NCBI GenBank assembly: GCA_964617525.1
Contig: CAZTWG010000001.1
Coordinates: 14,933-25,672 of the forward strand
Direction of reading: 5' to 3'
Length of the DNA stretch: 10,740 bases
From: an uncultured Gammaproteobacteria bacterium
Lineage (GTDB): Bacteria; Patescibacteriota; Patescibacteriia; UBA2591; UBA6264
Numbering within the stretch: position 1 is the first letter of the stretch; every line of letters starts with the position of its first letter. The notes under the pieces are model-generated. The model was not told where the DNA came from. It did no database searches and saw only the letters and a program-made list of their open reading frames with translations. Shown here piece by piece: positions 1 through 7,814 of the stretch. Made by a program: the position numbers and the translations under genes.

Positions 1-1
1 T

Positions 2-238
2 TTGGGTAGTATTTTTGGCGCTACACTAGGATTACTTTTTGCAAAAAAAACAGGCACTAAAACCAGAGGAGAACTAACGGAAAAATTAGGGAAAGCTAAG
101 GATAATTTTTTGAGTATTGCCAAAAAGGTAGCTCAAGAGCTTAAGAAAATGAAAGATGAGGTTAAGGATGGGTCTCAAGATATAAAAAAAGCATTTGAGG
201 GCTCAAAAGAAGAAAAAAAAGGAAAAGATAAAAAATAA
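2..238 (+). CDS. YtxH-like protein, C-terminal fragment (5' end cut by window edge)
   Basis: The ORF is open to the window start and stops at TAA 236-238. GSIFGATLGLLFAKKTGTKTRGEL resembles the YtxH-family hydrophobic helix plus the LLFAPKSGKETR-type motif, followed by a Lys/Glu-rich tail. The leading M in the ORF track is an internal TTG codon, not a real start. Confidence 0.6.
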   Translation: MGSIFGATLGLLFAKKTGTKTRGELTEKLGKAKDNFLSIAKKVAQELKKMKDEVKDGSQDIKKAFEGSKEEKKGKDKK

Positions 239-248
239 TTTAAAAAAT

Positions 249-452
249 ATGTTCAAAATTTCTTTAGACAAAGATAAGTGTATTGGATGTGGCGCTTGTA
301 GCGCTATTTGTCCAGCTAACTATGAGATGGGGGAAGATGGAAAGGCAATAGTTTTAAAGTCTCCTGTTGAAATTTTAGGTTGCAATAAGTTGGCAGAAGA
401 AAATTGCCCTAATCACGCTATAGTTGTGGAACCCCTAACAGAAGAAAAATAA
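249..452 (+). CDS. Small single-[4Fe-4S] ferredoxin (Thermotoga/Pyrococcus-like)
   Basis: I place the start at ATG 249. The track's TTG at 195 would overlap the upstream gene and add a poly-Lys leader. The protein has the CIGCGACSAICP (CxxCxxCxxxCP) motif plus a distal C...NCP, and is about 67 aa. The layout matches my recollection of monocluster ferredoxins such as T. maritima Fd (DACIGCGVCENLCP...SCP). Confidence 0.8.
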   Translation: MFKISLDKDKCIGCGACSAICPANYEMGEDGKAIVLKSPVEILGCNKLAEENCPNHAIVVEPLTEEK

Positions 453-459
453 TTTATTT

Positions 460-858
460 ATGTTAGTTGAAGTAAATAATGTTATTTCTGCTCCAGTTAG
501 CAAAAAATTCATTAAAGACTTTTTGTTAAGGTCAGCTAATATAATTAAAAATAATCAAATAGATTTTTTATCTATTGCTTTAGTTGGCAATTCAGAAATA
601 AAAAAATGGAATAAAAAGTACCGAAAGAAAAATAGCGTGACAGATGTTTTGTCCTTTAATGACCCAGCTGAAATTATTATTTGTTGGCCCCGGTTAATCA
701 GTCAGGCTAAAACTCAAGCTCATAGCCGAAAGAAAGAATTAGCCATTTTATTATTGCATGGCTTTCTTCATATTTTAGGATATCATCACAAAACAGAAAA
801 ACAGGCATTGTTGATGCAAGAGAAAGCTGATAAAGTTTTGAGTAAAGTAAATATTTAA
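460..858 (+). CDS. ybeY: Endoribonuclease YbeY (rRNA maturation factor)
   Basis: HGFLHILGYHH matches the YbeY zinc-binding motif HxxxHxxxxxH. YRKKNSVTDVLSF matches the conserved YRGKDKPTNVLSF block. Length is 132 aa. Confidence 0.9.
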   Translation: MLVEVNNVISAPVSKKFIKDFLLRSANIIKNNQIDFLSIALVGNSEIKKWNKKYRKKNSVTDVLSFNDPAEIIICWPRLISQAKTQAHSRKKELAILLLHGFLHILGYHHKTEKQALLMQEKADKVLSKVNI

Positions 859-875
859 ATATTAGAACATTTTTT

Positions 876-2111
876 ATGGTCCGTAACAGACAAAAAATTA
901 TTAGTGGAATAGACTTAGGTTCAAATTATATTAGAATAGCTGTAGGGCAAGTTCGGGAAGAGGGTATTTTGGATATAATCGGGGTAGCTGAAACTCCTTC
1001 AAATGGAATTAGTAAAGGAGAAATTACTAACATTGAGGATGCTGTTTCTAGTATTACTGCTTGTTTAGAACAGATTGAAAGAGTTATTGGCTTGCCAATT
1101 CAAGATATTTTCGTAGGAGTCTCGGGAACTCATATAATTTCTCAAGAGAGTAGAGGGGTGATATCAGTTGCTCGTGCGGACGGAGCTATCAAAGAAGATG
1201 ATGTGGGGAGGGTTTTAGAGGCTGCTCAGACAGTAGCTACCCCAGCTAATTATGAAATTTTACATATTTTGCCACGCAGTTTTTCAATTGATAATCAGCC
1301 TGGCATTATTGATCCAGTTGGCATGACAGGCACTCGAATGGAGGTAAATGCTCAAGTTATATTGGGGTTAAGCAATCAAATCAAAAATTTAACCAAATGT
1401 TTTGAACGTGCTGGGGTTAAAGTCAATGAGTTAGTTGTTGATCCTTTAGCCACAGCTGAAACAGTATTAGATAAAAGGCAAAAAGAATTAGGCGTTTTGT
1501 TGGTAAATATAGGAAACACTACTACTAATATTGCTATATTTGAAGATGGAAATATTTTAAGCCTTAAAATCATTCCAATTGGTTCTCGTTATATTACAAC
1601 TGATGTGGCTATTGGGCTAAGAGTGCCAATAGATTTAGCAGAAATGATTAAGATTAATTATGGAACAGCCCTGCCCCTTGGCATGATTAAAAGTGAAAAA
1701 ATTGATTTTGCAAGCTTAGACCAAAGAGAAAGTGGGTCAGCTTCCAAAAAGGAAGTTTCTAAAATTATTAGAGGACGATGTGAAAAAATGTTTAAGCTTA
1801 TTGACGAAGAGTTGACTAGTATAGGTCGCAAAGGAAAACTACCTGCAGGCGTTGTTTTAACGGGGGCTGGGTCTAAATTAGAGGGCTTAACCGATGTAGC
1901 TAAAAATATTTTTAAAATCCCCGCTACCCTAGGCTCTTCAAAAGGTTTTGTTAGTGGCAATAACAAGGCGTTAGACATTAGTTTTGCTACTGCTGTTGGT
2001 TTGGTCATTTGGGGGATGAAGCGTCCAAATCAGAAAAAACCTATTGGGGGTAAAATTCCTTTTAGGAAAAAAGATTTCAAAAATTTATTTAAAAATTTAT
2101 TTTCATATTGA
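876..2111 (+). CDS. ftsA: Cell division protein FtsA (actin-like ATPase)
   Basis: The N-terminal phosphate-1 motif GIDLGSNYIRIAVGQ is present. The block DVGRVLEAAQTVATP...ILPRSFSIDNQPGIIDPVGMTGTRMEVNAQVILG aligns with my recollection of the B. subtilis FtsA SHS2/1C region. LLVNIGNTTTNIAIF and VVLTGAGSKLEG are the later actin-fold motifs. The C-terminal amphipathic DFKNLFKNLFSY fits an FtsA membrane-targeting helix. Stop is TGA 2109-2111. Confidence 0.9.
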   Translation: MVRNRQKIISGIDLGSNYIRIAVGQVREEGILDIIGVAETPSNGISKGEITNIEDAVSSITACLEQIERVIGLPIQDIFVGVSGTHIISQESRGVISVARADGAIKEDDVGRVLEAAQTVATPANYEILHILPRSFSIDNQPGIIDPVGMTGTRMEVNAQVILGLSNQIKNLTKCFERAGVKVNELVVDPLATAETVLDKRQKELGVLLVNIGNTTTNIAIFEDGNILSLKIIPIGSRYITTDVAIGLRVPIDLAEMIKINYGTALPLGMIKSEKIDFASLDQRESGSASKKEVSKIIRGRCEKMFKLIDEELTSIGRKGKLPAGVVLTGAGSKLEGLTDVAKNIFKIPATLGSSKGFVSGNNKALDISFATAVGLVIWGMKRPNQKKPIGGKIPFRKKDFKNLFKNLFSY

Positions 2112-2119
2112 AATGATTT

Positions 2120-2443
2120 ATGTTTTTTAAGCATCCGCAGAATGATCAATATTTTATTTGGACCAAACATGCCGTGGAAAAAATGAAATATTACAGACTT
2201 TCAGAGCAAAAATTGAGAAAGTTGTTTTATAAGCATGAACGAAAGGAAGGAGGCATTGCTTTAAACACAATAGCAGTTATGAACACTGTTGGTTCGTCTA
2301 AACGTCCAACGGAAATATGGTTAATGTATCAATTAACCGAAGACCAGAAAGTAAAAATTATTACTGTCTGGCGCTATCCTGGGGTGAGCAAAAAACAAGA
2401 AATACCTATCCCTGATGATATAAAATACTCACTTCAGAAATAA
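2120..2443 (+). CDS. Hypothetical small protein, DUF4258-like (putative toxin-fold) by motif resemblance
   Basis: A 107-aa ORF starts 8 nt after the ftsA stop. FIWTKHAVEKMKYYRLSEQKLRKLF ... EIWLMYQ ... KVKIITVWRYPG resembles the DUF4258 pattern (TxHAxxRMxxRxIS...ii..vvy....i.viTvy). The coding call is reasonable. The family assignment is by eye only. Confidence 0.55.
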   Translation: MFFKHPQNDQYFIWTKHAVEKMKYYRLSEQKLRKLFYKHERKEGGIALNTIAVMNTVGSSKRPTEIWLMYQLTEDQKVKIITVWRYPGVSKKQEIPIPDDIKYSLQK

Positions 2444-2484
2444 ATCTATTAGTTATTATTAAATAACTTTATTAATACCTTTAA

Positions 2485-2500
2485 CTAAGGATAATTTTTT
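2485..2500 (+). promoter_or_regulatory. Conserved intergenic motif CTAAGGATAATTTTTT upstream of greA (copy 1 of 2). It contains a -10-like GATAAT.
   Basis: It matches 3034-3049 upstream of lysS at 15 of 16 positions and lies 21 nt before the greA ATG. The embedded AAGGA is too far from the start (about 30 nt) to act as an SD. Confidence 0.3.
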
Positions 2501-2520
2501 GTTTCTTTTAATACTTTATT

Positions 2521-2979
2521 ATGACTAAATTTTTAACAGACAAAGGTAAAGAAAAGATTCTCAAAGAGTTAGAATTTTTAAAAAAAGACAAAATTCCTGA
2601 AATTATTAAAAGGATTAGTTTAGCTATTGAGATGGGTGATTTGTCCGAGAACGCTGAATTTGAGAGTGCTAAAGAGGACCAGGCTCTTGCTGAAATGAAG
2701 GTAAAAAAATTAGAAAAACTATTAAGAGATGCCAAGATTATTAATCAGAAAACAATAAATAAAGAAATAGTTTCAATAGGCTCTAAGGTAGTTTTAGAGA
2801 TTAAATCACAAATTAAAGAGTATTTTATTGTTGGGGATAACGAAGCTGACCCAAGCCAATGTCGTATTTCATACGAATCTCCTATGGGTAAAATATTGCT
2901 TGGTCGGAAAAAAAATGAACATGTTAAATTGCAGGCACCTTCAGGAGTTATAGATATTAAGATTATCCGGATTGAGTAA
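2521..2979 (+). CDS. greA: Transcription elongation factor GreA
   Basis: The 152-aa product aligns end to end with my recollection of E. coli GreA. Matching blocks are LKELEFLKK..PEII..I..A...GDLSENAEF..AKE.Q and the C-terminal IVG..EAD.....IS..SP.G..LLG.K. An in-frame TAA at 2509-2511 prevents any upstream extension. Confidence 0.92.
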   Translation: MTKFLTDKGKEKILKELEFLKKDKIPEIIKRISLAIEMGDLSENAEFESAKEDQALAEMKVKKLEKLLRDAKIINQKTINKEIVSIGSKVVLEIKSQIKEYFIVGDNEADPSQCRISYESPMGKILLGRKKNEHVKLQAPSGVIDIKIIRIE

Positions 2980-3033
2980 TAAATTTATAAAATCTGATTT
3001 CTTGTTTCTTTCCTAATAAATGCTAAACTTAAC

Positions 3034-3049
3034 CTAAGGATATTTTTTT
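3034..3049 (+). promoter_or_regulatory. Conserved intergenic motif CTAAGGATATTTTTTT upstream of lysS (copy 2 of 2). It contains a -10-like GATATT.
   Basis: It matches 2485-2500 at 15 of 16 positions and lies 15 nt before ATG 3065. Confidence 0.3.
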
Positions 3050-3064
3050 AAAAATGTGAATTTT

Positions 3065-4525
3065 ATGAGCATTCAATCTGATAGACTAAAAAAAGTAGAT
3101 AACATTATTCAGCATGGGATCAATCCTTATCCCTCCAAGGGAAAGCGTACTCATACCTGCAAAGAAGCAGATTCTAATTTTAGTCAGATAGAAAAAGATA
3201 AAAAAAGGGTTACTTTAACTGGCCGTTTGGTTCTTTTAAGATTGCATGGCAAGGCTTGCTTTGCTAACTTAGAAGATTTTTCAGGTCGGTTTCAGTTTTT
3301 CTTGAATCAAAATGACCTAGGGGAAAAAGATTACAATTTTTTTGTAAACAATATTGATATTGGTGATTTTTTACAAATCAAAGGAAAATTTTTTCAAACC
3401 AAAAGAGGGCAAAATACTCTCAGAGTAGATGAATATTCACTTTTGTCTAAATCTCTTTTGCCCTTACCCGAGAAATGGCATGGTTTGTCAAATATTGAAA
3501 CTAGATTTCGTCAACGTTATTTAGATTTAATTTCTAACCCTGAGGTGCGTAAAATATTTGCTGTTCGTAGTAAGATGATTAAACTGATAAGAGAGTTTTT
3601 TGATAAAAGAGATTTTTTAGAGGTAGAAACACCTATTTTACAAACTTTGGCTGGTGGAGCTACGGCTAAGCCATTTATAACCCATCATCAAGCCTTAAAC
3701 ACTGATCTTTATTTAAGAATTGCTCCTGAACTTTATTTAAAAAGATTAGTTATCGGTGGAATGGAAAGGGTCTATGAAATTGCTCGCTGTTTTCGTAACG
3801 AAGGACTGGACAGAACTCATAACCCAGAGTTTACCCAAATAGAGTTTTACCAAGCTTATTCCGATTATAATGATTTAATGCTTTTGACCGAAGAATTAAT
3901 GGTCTTTTTATTGGAAAATTTAGGTTTTTCCAATTTAAAAATAGAATATCAAGGACAAACTATCAATTTTAAACCACCATATCCTCGTTTAGACTTTAGG
4001 GAAACTATAATTAAAGAGGCAAAGTTTGACATTGATAAGTATATAAAAACTAAAGACTTAATTTCTAAAGCGAGGTCTTTGGGCATAAAGATAGATAAAA
4101 CTTGGGGTCGAGGCAAAATATTAGATGAATTATATAAGGAATTTGTTCTACCCAAAATTATTCAACCAACGTTTATTATCAATCATCCTTTGGAATTATC
4201 TCCTTTGGCTAAAAAGATGCCAGCCCGTCCTAATTATGTAGAGAGATTTCAATTATTAATAAATGGATTGGAGGTGTGCAATGCTTTCTCTGAGTTGAAT
4301 GATCCTTTAGACCAAGAGTCAAGATTTAAGGAACAGCAGAAATTATTAGAAAAAGGAGATGAGGAAGCACAAAGTGCGGATCAAGATTTTGTGACCGCAT
4401 TGAAATATGGTATGCCACCTACGGCAGGGGAAGGAATAGGAATTGATCGTTTAGCCAATATTTTAACTAATACTCAAAACATTAGAGAAGTTATTTTATT
4501 TCCGATTTTAAAGCCAAAGAAATAA
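3065..4525 (+). CDS. lysS: Lysine--tRNA ligase, class II
   Basis: An OB-fold anticodon-binding N-terminal domain (VTLTGRLVLLRLHGKACFANLEDFSGRFQFF) is present. The class II motifs are present: FLEVETPIL, YEIARCFRNEG and GEGIGIDRL. I chose ATG 3065 because its ATTTTATG context is identical to the alr start. GTG 3056, the track start, is the alternative and adds 3 codons. Confidence 0.9.
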   Translation: MSIQSDRLKKVDNIIQHGINPYPSKGKRTHTCKEADSNFSQIEKDKKRVTLTGRLVLLRLHGKACFANLEDFSGRFQFFLNQNDLGEKDYNFFVNNIDIGDFLQIKGKFFQTKRGQNTLRVDEYSLLSKSLLPLPEKWHGLSNIETRFRQRYLDLISNPEVRKIFAVRSKMIKLIREFFDKRDFLEVETPILQTLAGGATAKPFITHHQALNTDLYLRIAPELYLKRLVIGGMERVYEIARCFRNEGLDRTHNPEFTQIEFYQAYSDYNDLMLLTEELMVFLLENLGFSNLKIEYQGQTINFKPPYPRLDFRETIIKEAKFDIDKYIKTKDLISKARSLGIKIDKTWGRGKILDELYKEFVLPKIIQPTFIINHPLELSPLAKKMPARPNYVERFQLLINGLEVCNAFSELNDPLDQESRFKEQQKLLEKGDEEAQSADQDFVTALKYGMPPTAGEGIGIDRLANILTNTQNIREVILFPILKPKK

Positions 4526-4541
4526 GTCAACTTGATATTTT

Positions 4542-5657
4542 ATGTTAACTTGGGTTGAAATTAAAAAATCGCGTCTTCAAAGTAATTTAAAGCAATTTCG
4601 GAAAATAGTTGGGTCGCGAAGACAAATTATGGCTATAGTAAAATCAAATGCCTATGGTCACGGTATGTTAGAAGTGGCAAAACTTTGTTTATCAGCGGGA
4701 GCCGATTGGCTTGGTGTAGTCAACCTCAGAGAAGCGCTATTATTACGTCAAGCTAAGATTAAAGCTCCTATTTTTATTTTAAGTTATTATCCTTTTTCTT
4801 CTGACATTAAAGAGGCAATTCGTGAAAATATTGATTTTCCTGTTTATACCTTATCCCAAGCTATTTTTTTAGATAAAGAGGGGCAAAATCTAAATAAAAT
4901 TGTTAATATTCACATTAAGATTGATACTGGCACTAGTAGAATTGGGATTTTGAGTGGGCAAGCTAATGATTTTATAGAAAAAATTAAAAGGTTCAAATAT
5001 TTAAATTTACGAGGGATTTTTACGCATTATGCTGATTCGGAATCCAAAAATCAATCTTATACTAAGCAACAAACTAAAAAATTTCAAGATATTATAGAAG
5101 ATAAACAAATATCATTAGCTCATGCCGCTTGCTCGGCGGCAACTATCAACAATCCATGCACTCTTTTTAATATGGTTAGGATAGGGATTGGTCTTTATGG
5201 TTTATGGCCATCAAAAAATACTCAATGTATAGCTAATAAAAAATCTTTTTTAGTCAATCTGCAACCAGTTTTATCTTGGAAAACAAAAGTGATTCAGGTT
5301 AAATCTTTGTCAGCTGGAGTCTCTGTGGGCTATAATCGCACTTTTGTAACTCGTTCAAAAACGAAATTAGCTATTTTGCCTGTTGGTTACGCCGATGGTT
5401 ATGATCGTCGTTTTTCAAATTGTGGCTCAGTGTTAATCCATGGTATTTCTTGTCCAATTAGGGGGCGAGTTTGTATGAATTTAACTATGGCTGATGTTTC
5501 GCGTGTGGCAGGAGCGAAGGCAAGAGATGAGGTAGTCTTAATTGGAAGGCAAAAGAATAGGGTTATTAGCGCCGATGATATGGCAAAAAAAATCGGGACT
5601 ATTAACTATGAAGTTGTTACTAGAATTAACTCGGATATACCAAGAATTTACAAATAA
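4542..5657 (+). CDS. alr: Alanine racemase (PLP-dependent)
   Basis: AIVKSNAYGHG carries the PLP-lysine motif. VSVGYNRTF contains the second-subunit catalytic Tyr region. The C-terminal INYEVVTRI motif is present. Length is 371 aa. Confidence 0.9.
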   Translation: MLTWVEIKKSRLQSNLKQFRKIVGSRRQIMAIVKSNAYGHGMLEVAKLCLSAGADWLGVVNLREALLLRQAKIKAPIFILSYYPFSSDIKEAIRENIDFPVYTLSQAIFLDKEGQNLNKIVNIHIKIDTGTSRIGILSGQANDFIEKIKRFKYLNLRGIFTHYADSESKNQSYTKQQTKKFQDIIEDKQISLAHAACSAATINNPCTLFNMVRIGIGLYGLWPSKNTQCIANKKSFLVNLQPVLSWKTKVIQVKSLSAGVSVGYNRTFVTRSKTKLAILPVGYADGYDRRFSNCGSVLIHGISCPIRGRVCMNLTMADVSRVAGAKARDEVVLIGRQKNRVISADDMAKKIGTINYEVVTRINSDIPRIYK

Positions 5658-5667
5658 CTAAAAGGTT

Positions 5668-7356
5668 ATGCAAAAGGTTTGGGAGGTTTCTTCCTTGATT
5701 TCTAAAAGTTTCAAAAATAAATTTCCGGAGATAAATCCGGTTATTTTACAATTACTTGCAAATAGAGGACTTAAAACCAAAGAAGAAATTTATGATTTTT
5801 TGCAGCCCGATTATTCTCAAAATATTCATGACCCGTTTTTGTTGAAAGATATGAAAAAAGCGGTTAAGAGAATATATCAAGCAGTTAAAAACAAGGAAAG
5901 AGTGGTTATTTGCGGAGATTATGACACAGACGGAGTAACGTCTTCAACCATTTTATTTGAAATCTTTAAAAAAATAGGAATAGAAAATTTACAGGTTTAT
6001 ATCCCAAATCGGCAAACAGATGGTTACGGGCTTAATAAAAAAGCTATTAAAGATTTTATTAAACAAAAAATAGACTTAATAGTCACTTGTGATTGTGGAG
6101 TATCTAATGTTAAAGAAATTGATTTAGCGAATAAATCAAATATTGATGTGATCGTGACTGACCATCATCGTAAATCGTCAGAATTACCTAATTCTTTCGC
6201 TATCATAAATCCCCAGCTAGCTCGAGAAAAATATCCTTTCAAATTTTTAGCCGGGGTAGGCGTAGCTTTTAAATTAATTCAAGGATTATTAAAAGACAAA
6301 AACTGTTCTTTGCAAGACAAGGAAGCAACAGAAAAATGGTTATTGGATTTAGTAGCTATCGGGACAATTGCAGATTACGTGCCTTTGCTAGGAGAAAATA
6401 GAGTTTTAAGTAAATATGGTTTAGTTGTCTTAAACAAAACTCGTAATTTGGGACTAAAATCACTAATTAAATATTCTTCTCTAGAAATAGGTTGTTTAGG
6501 CGCAACTCATATAGGCTATCAATTTAGTCCACGAATCAATGCTGCTGGTAGGATTAATCATGCTACAGATGCTTTAAATTTGTTTTTGTCCGTTGACCGA
6601 GAAGAAGCTGATAAACACGCACAACATTTAAACTTATTAAATAGTCAAAGACAAAAGATAACTGAAAAAATTTTTAAATCAATTAAGGTAGACAAAAAGA
6701 ACAAAATTATTGTCGCTCTAGGAGAAGATTGGCCCGTAGGTGTTTTGGGTTTGGTGGCAAATAAATTAGTTAATTCTTTTTCTCGCCCCGCTTTAGTATT
6801 GGGCAGGAAAGGGAAAGAACTTACTGGTTCTGGACGCTCAATAGAGGGATTTGACTTATTCTCTTTTTTAGAGAAGGAAAGTAAATATTTTAAAGCTTTT
6901 GGTGGACATAGTGGAGCGGTTGGTTTTACCTTAAAGGGGACAAGTTCTTTTGACGATTTTAGGCAGAGAATTTTAAAAAGGGGAGAAAAAGTTTTGGCCC
7001 CAGATATGATAGCTCCTAAATTGTTTATAGATGCAGAAATCAGCCTAGATGATGTTAATTGGGGATTATATGAAGAACTAATTAAATTTGAACCATTTGG
7101 TTGCGAAAATCCCCAGCCAAAATTTTTAATAAAGGGTGTTATTTTAGAAAAAATTCAATCAGTTGGTAAAAATAATCAACATCATAGACTTTTTTTAGAG
7201 GGTGGTCGCAAAATGATTTATTTCAGTTCTCCTACCGCAATAGATGATTTCAAGCCTAATCAGAAAATAGATATAGTTTTTAAGTTGGACGTTAATCAGT
7301 GGAATGGGACTAAGGAGTTACAAATGAAAGTAATAGATGTTAAAAAATCAGTTTAA
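5668..7356 (+). CDS. recJ: Single-stranded-DNA-specific exonuclease RecJ (DHH/DHHA1)
   Basis: The DHH-family motifs are present in order: ICGDYDTDGVTS, VTCDCG, VTDHH, GTIADYVPL and the DHHA1 motif GGHSGAVG. Length is 562 aa. Confidence 0.9.
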   Translation: MQKVWEVSSLISKSFKNKFPEINPVILQLLANRGLKTKEEIYDFLQPDYSQNIHDPFLLKDMKKAVKRIYQAVKNKERVVICGDYDTDGVTSSTILFEIFKKIGIENLQVYIPNRQTDGYGLNKKAIKDFIKQKIDLIVTCDCGVSNVKEIDLANKSNIDVIVTDHHRKSSELPNSFAIINPQLAREKYPFKFLAGVGVAFKLIQGLLKDKNCSLQDKEATEKWLLDLVAIGTIADYVPLLGENRVLSKYGLVVLNKTRNLGLKSLIKYSSLEIGCLGATHIGYQFSPRINAAGRINHATDALNLFLSVDREEADKHAQHLNLLNSQRQKITEKIFKSIKVDKKNKIIVALGEDWPVGVLGLVANKLVNSFSRPALVLGRKGKELTGSGRSIEGFDLFSFLEKESKYFKAFGGHSGAVGFTLKGTSSFDDFRQRILKRGEKVLAPDMIAPKLFIDAEISLDDVNWGLYEELIKFEPFGCENPQPKFLIKGVILEKIQSVGKNNQHHRLFLEGGRKMIYFSSPTAIDDFKPNQKIDIVFKLDVNQWNGTKELQMKVIDVKKSV

Positions 7357-7370
7357 GAAATCACAAAATT

Positions 7371-7778
7371 ATGAAATATATAATTTATACGGATGGCGGA
7401 GCTCGTGGAAACCCTGGTCCAGGAGGGGCTGGAGTAGTTATTTATGATAGTAATAACAAAATAATTCAAGAGCATTCTCGATTTTTGGGTTATACTACAA
7501 ATAACAAAGCTGAATATGAAGCTCTTATTCTAGGGCTAGAAAAAACAAAAAAACTAAAAGCAACTGATGTAGATTGTTATTTGGACAGTAAATTGGTCGT
7601 AGAGCAATTAAACAGAAGATATAAGGTAAAGAATAAAGACTTGGGAGTTTTGTTTATAAAAGCTTGGAATTTGTCTCAATATTTCAAACAAGTTAATTTT
7701 TATCATATCCCACGAGAAAAAAACAAAAAAGCAGATAGCTTAGTAAATCAAGTTATTGATAAGCATTTATTTCCCTAG
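7371..7778 (+). CDS. rnhA: Ribonuclease HI (type 1 RNase H, short form)
   Basis: IYTDGGARGNPGPGGAGVVI carries the first catalytic Asp. NNKAEYEALILGL carries the catalytic Glu. YLDSKLVV and NKKADSLVN carry the remaining acidic residues. Length is 135 aa and the stop is TAG. Confidence 0.85.
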   Translation: MKYIIYTDGGARGNPGPGGAGVVIYDSNNKIIQEHSRFLGYTTNNKAEYEALILGLEKTKKLKATDVDCYLDSKLVVEQLNRRYKVKNKDLGVLFIKAWNLSQYFKQVNFYHIPREKNKKADSLVNQVIDKHLFP

Positions 7779-7780
7779 CA

Positions 7781-7809
7781 TTGATTTTTGATACGAATTA
7801 TGCTATTCT
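7781..7809 (+). promoter_or_regulatory. Putative sigma70-type promoter for rnpB (TTGATT, 17-nt spacer, TATTCT)
   Basis: The -35-like TTGATT is at 7781-7786 and the -10-like TATTCT at 7804-7809, with an exact 17-nt spacer. The predicted start near 7816 coincides with the first base of the inferred P1 helix of rnpB. Confidence 0.4.
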
Positions 7810-7814
7810 GTCAG

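Noticed and set aside
195-248. Upstream TTG start at 195 for the ferredoxin ORF
   Set aside because: It would overlap the YtxH-like gene by 44 nt and add a MRAQKKKKKEKIKNNLKN leader that is just the upstream gene's Lys-rich tail read in another frame. ATG 249 gives a ferredoxin of canonical length.
850-863. Perfect 14-bp palindrome AATATTTAAATATT spanning the ybeY stop codon, upstream of ftsA
   Set aside because: It consists only of A and T in an AT-rich genome, so it is expected by chance. There is no second copy or flanking half-sites in the window to suggest an operator.
2109-2111. Possible alternative genetic code (UGA reassigned, as in Gracilibacteria/Absconditabacteria or Mollicutes)
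   Set aside because: All conserved proteins are full length under the standard code with no in-frame TGA, and Trp is encoded by TGG. The single TGA ends ftsA right after a plausible C-terminal membrane helix. Reading through it does not join the next ORF, which is in a different frame.
2451-2468. Hairpin AGTTATT-ATTA-AATAACT after ORF 2120-2443 as an intrinsic terminator
   Set aside because: It is a 7-bp stem with a single G-C pair and would have very low stability. It cannot be distinguished from random AT-rich self-complementarity.
3054-3059. Minimal start-stop mini-ORF ATGTGA 6 nt before the lysS ATG
   Set aside because: It is a 6-nt string that could easily arise by chance. It overlaps the alternative GTG 3056 start and has no SD or other support for a regulatory role.
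2980-3064. T-box or lysine riboswitch leader upstream of lysS
   Set aside because: The spacer is only about 85 nt and lacks the conserved T-box or L-box core sequences and extended helices. Those elements need roughly 180-250 nt.
41-5592. Runs of 8 A inside coding regions (about 41-48, 212-219, 2906-2913, 5585-5592) as programmed slippage or phase-variation sites
   Set aside because: All encode Lys-rich segments in frame with intact full-length proteins. Such runs are expected at this base composition, and no alternative-frame product is evident.
7776-7805. Inverted repeat TAGCAT...ATGCTA between rnhA and rnpB as a terminator
   Set aside because: It has only 6 bp with an 18-nt loop and no following T-tract, and it overlaps the better-supported rnpB promoter spacing.
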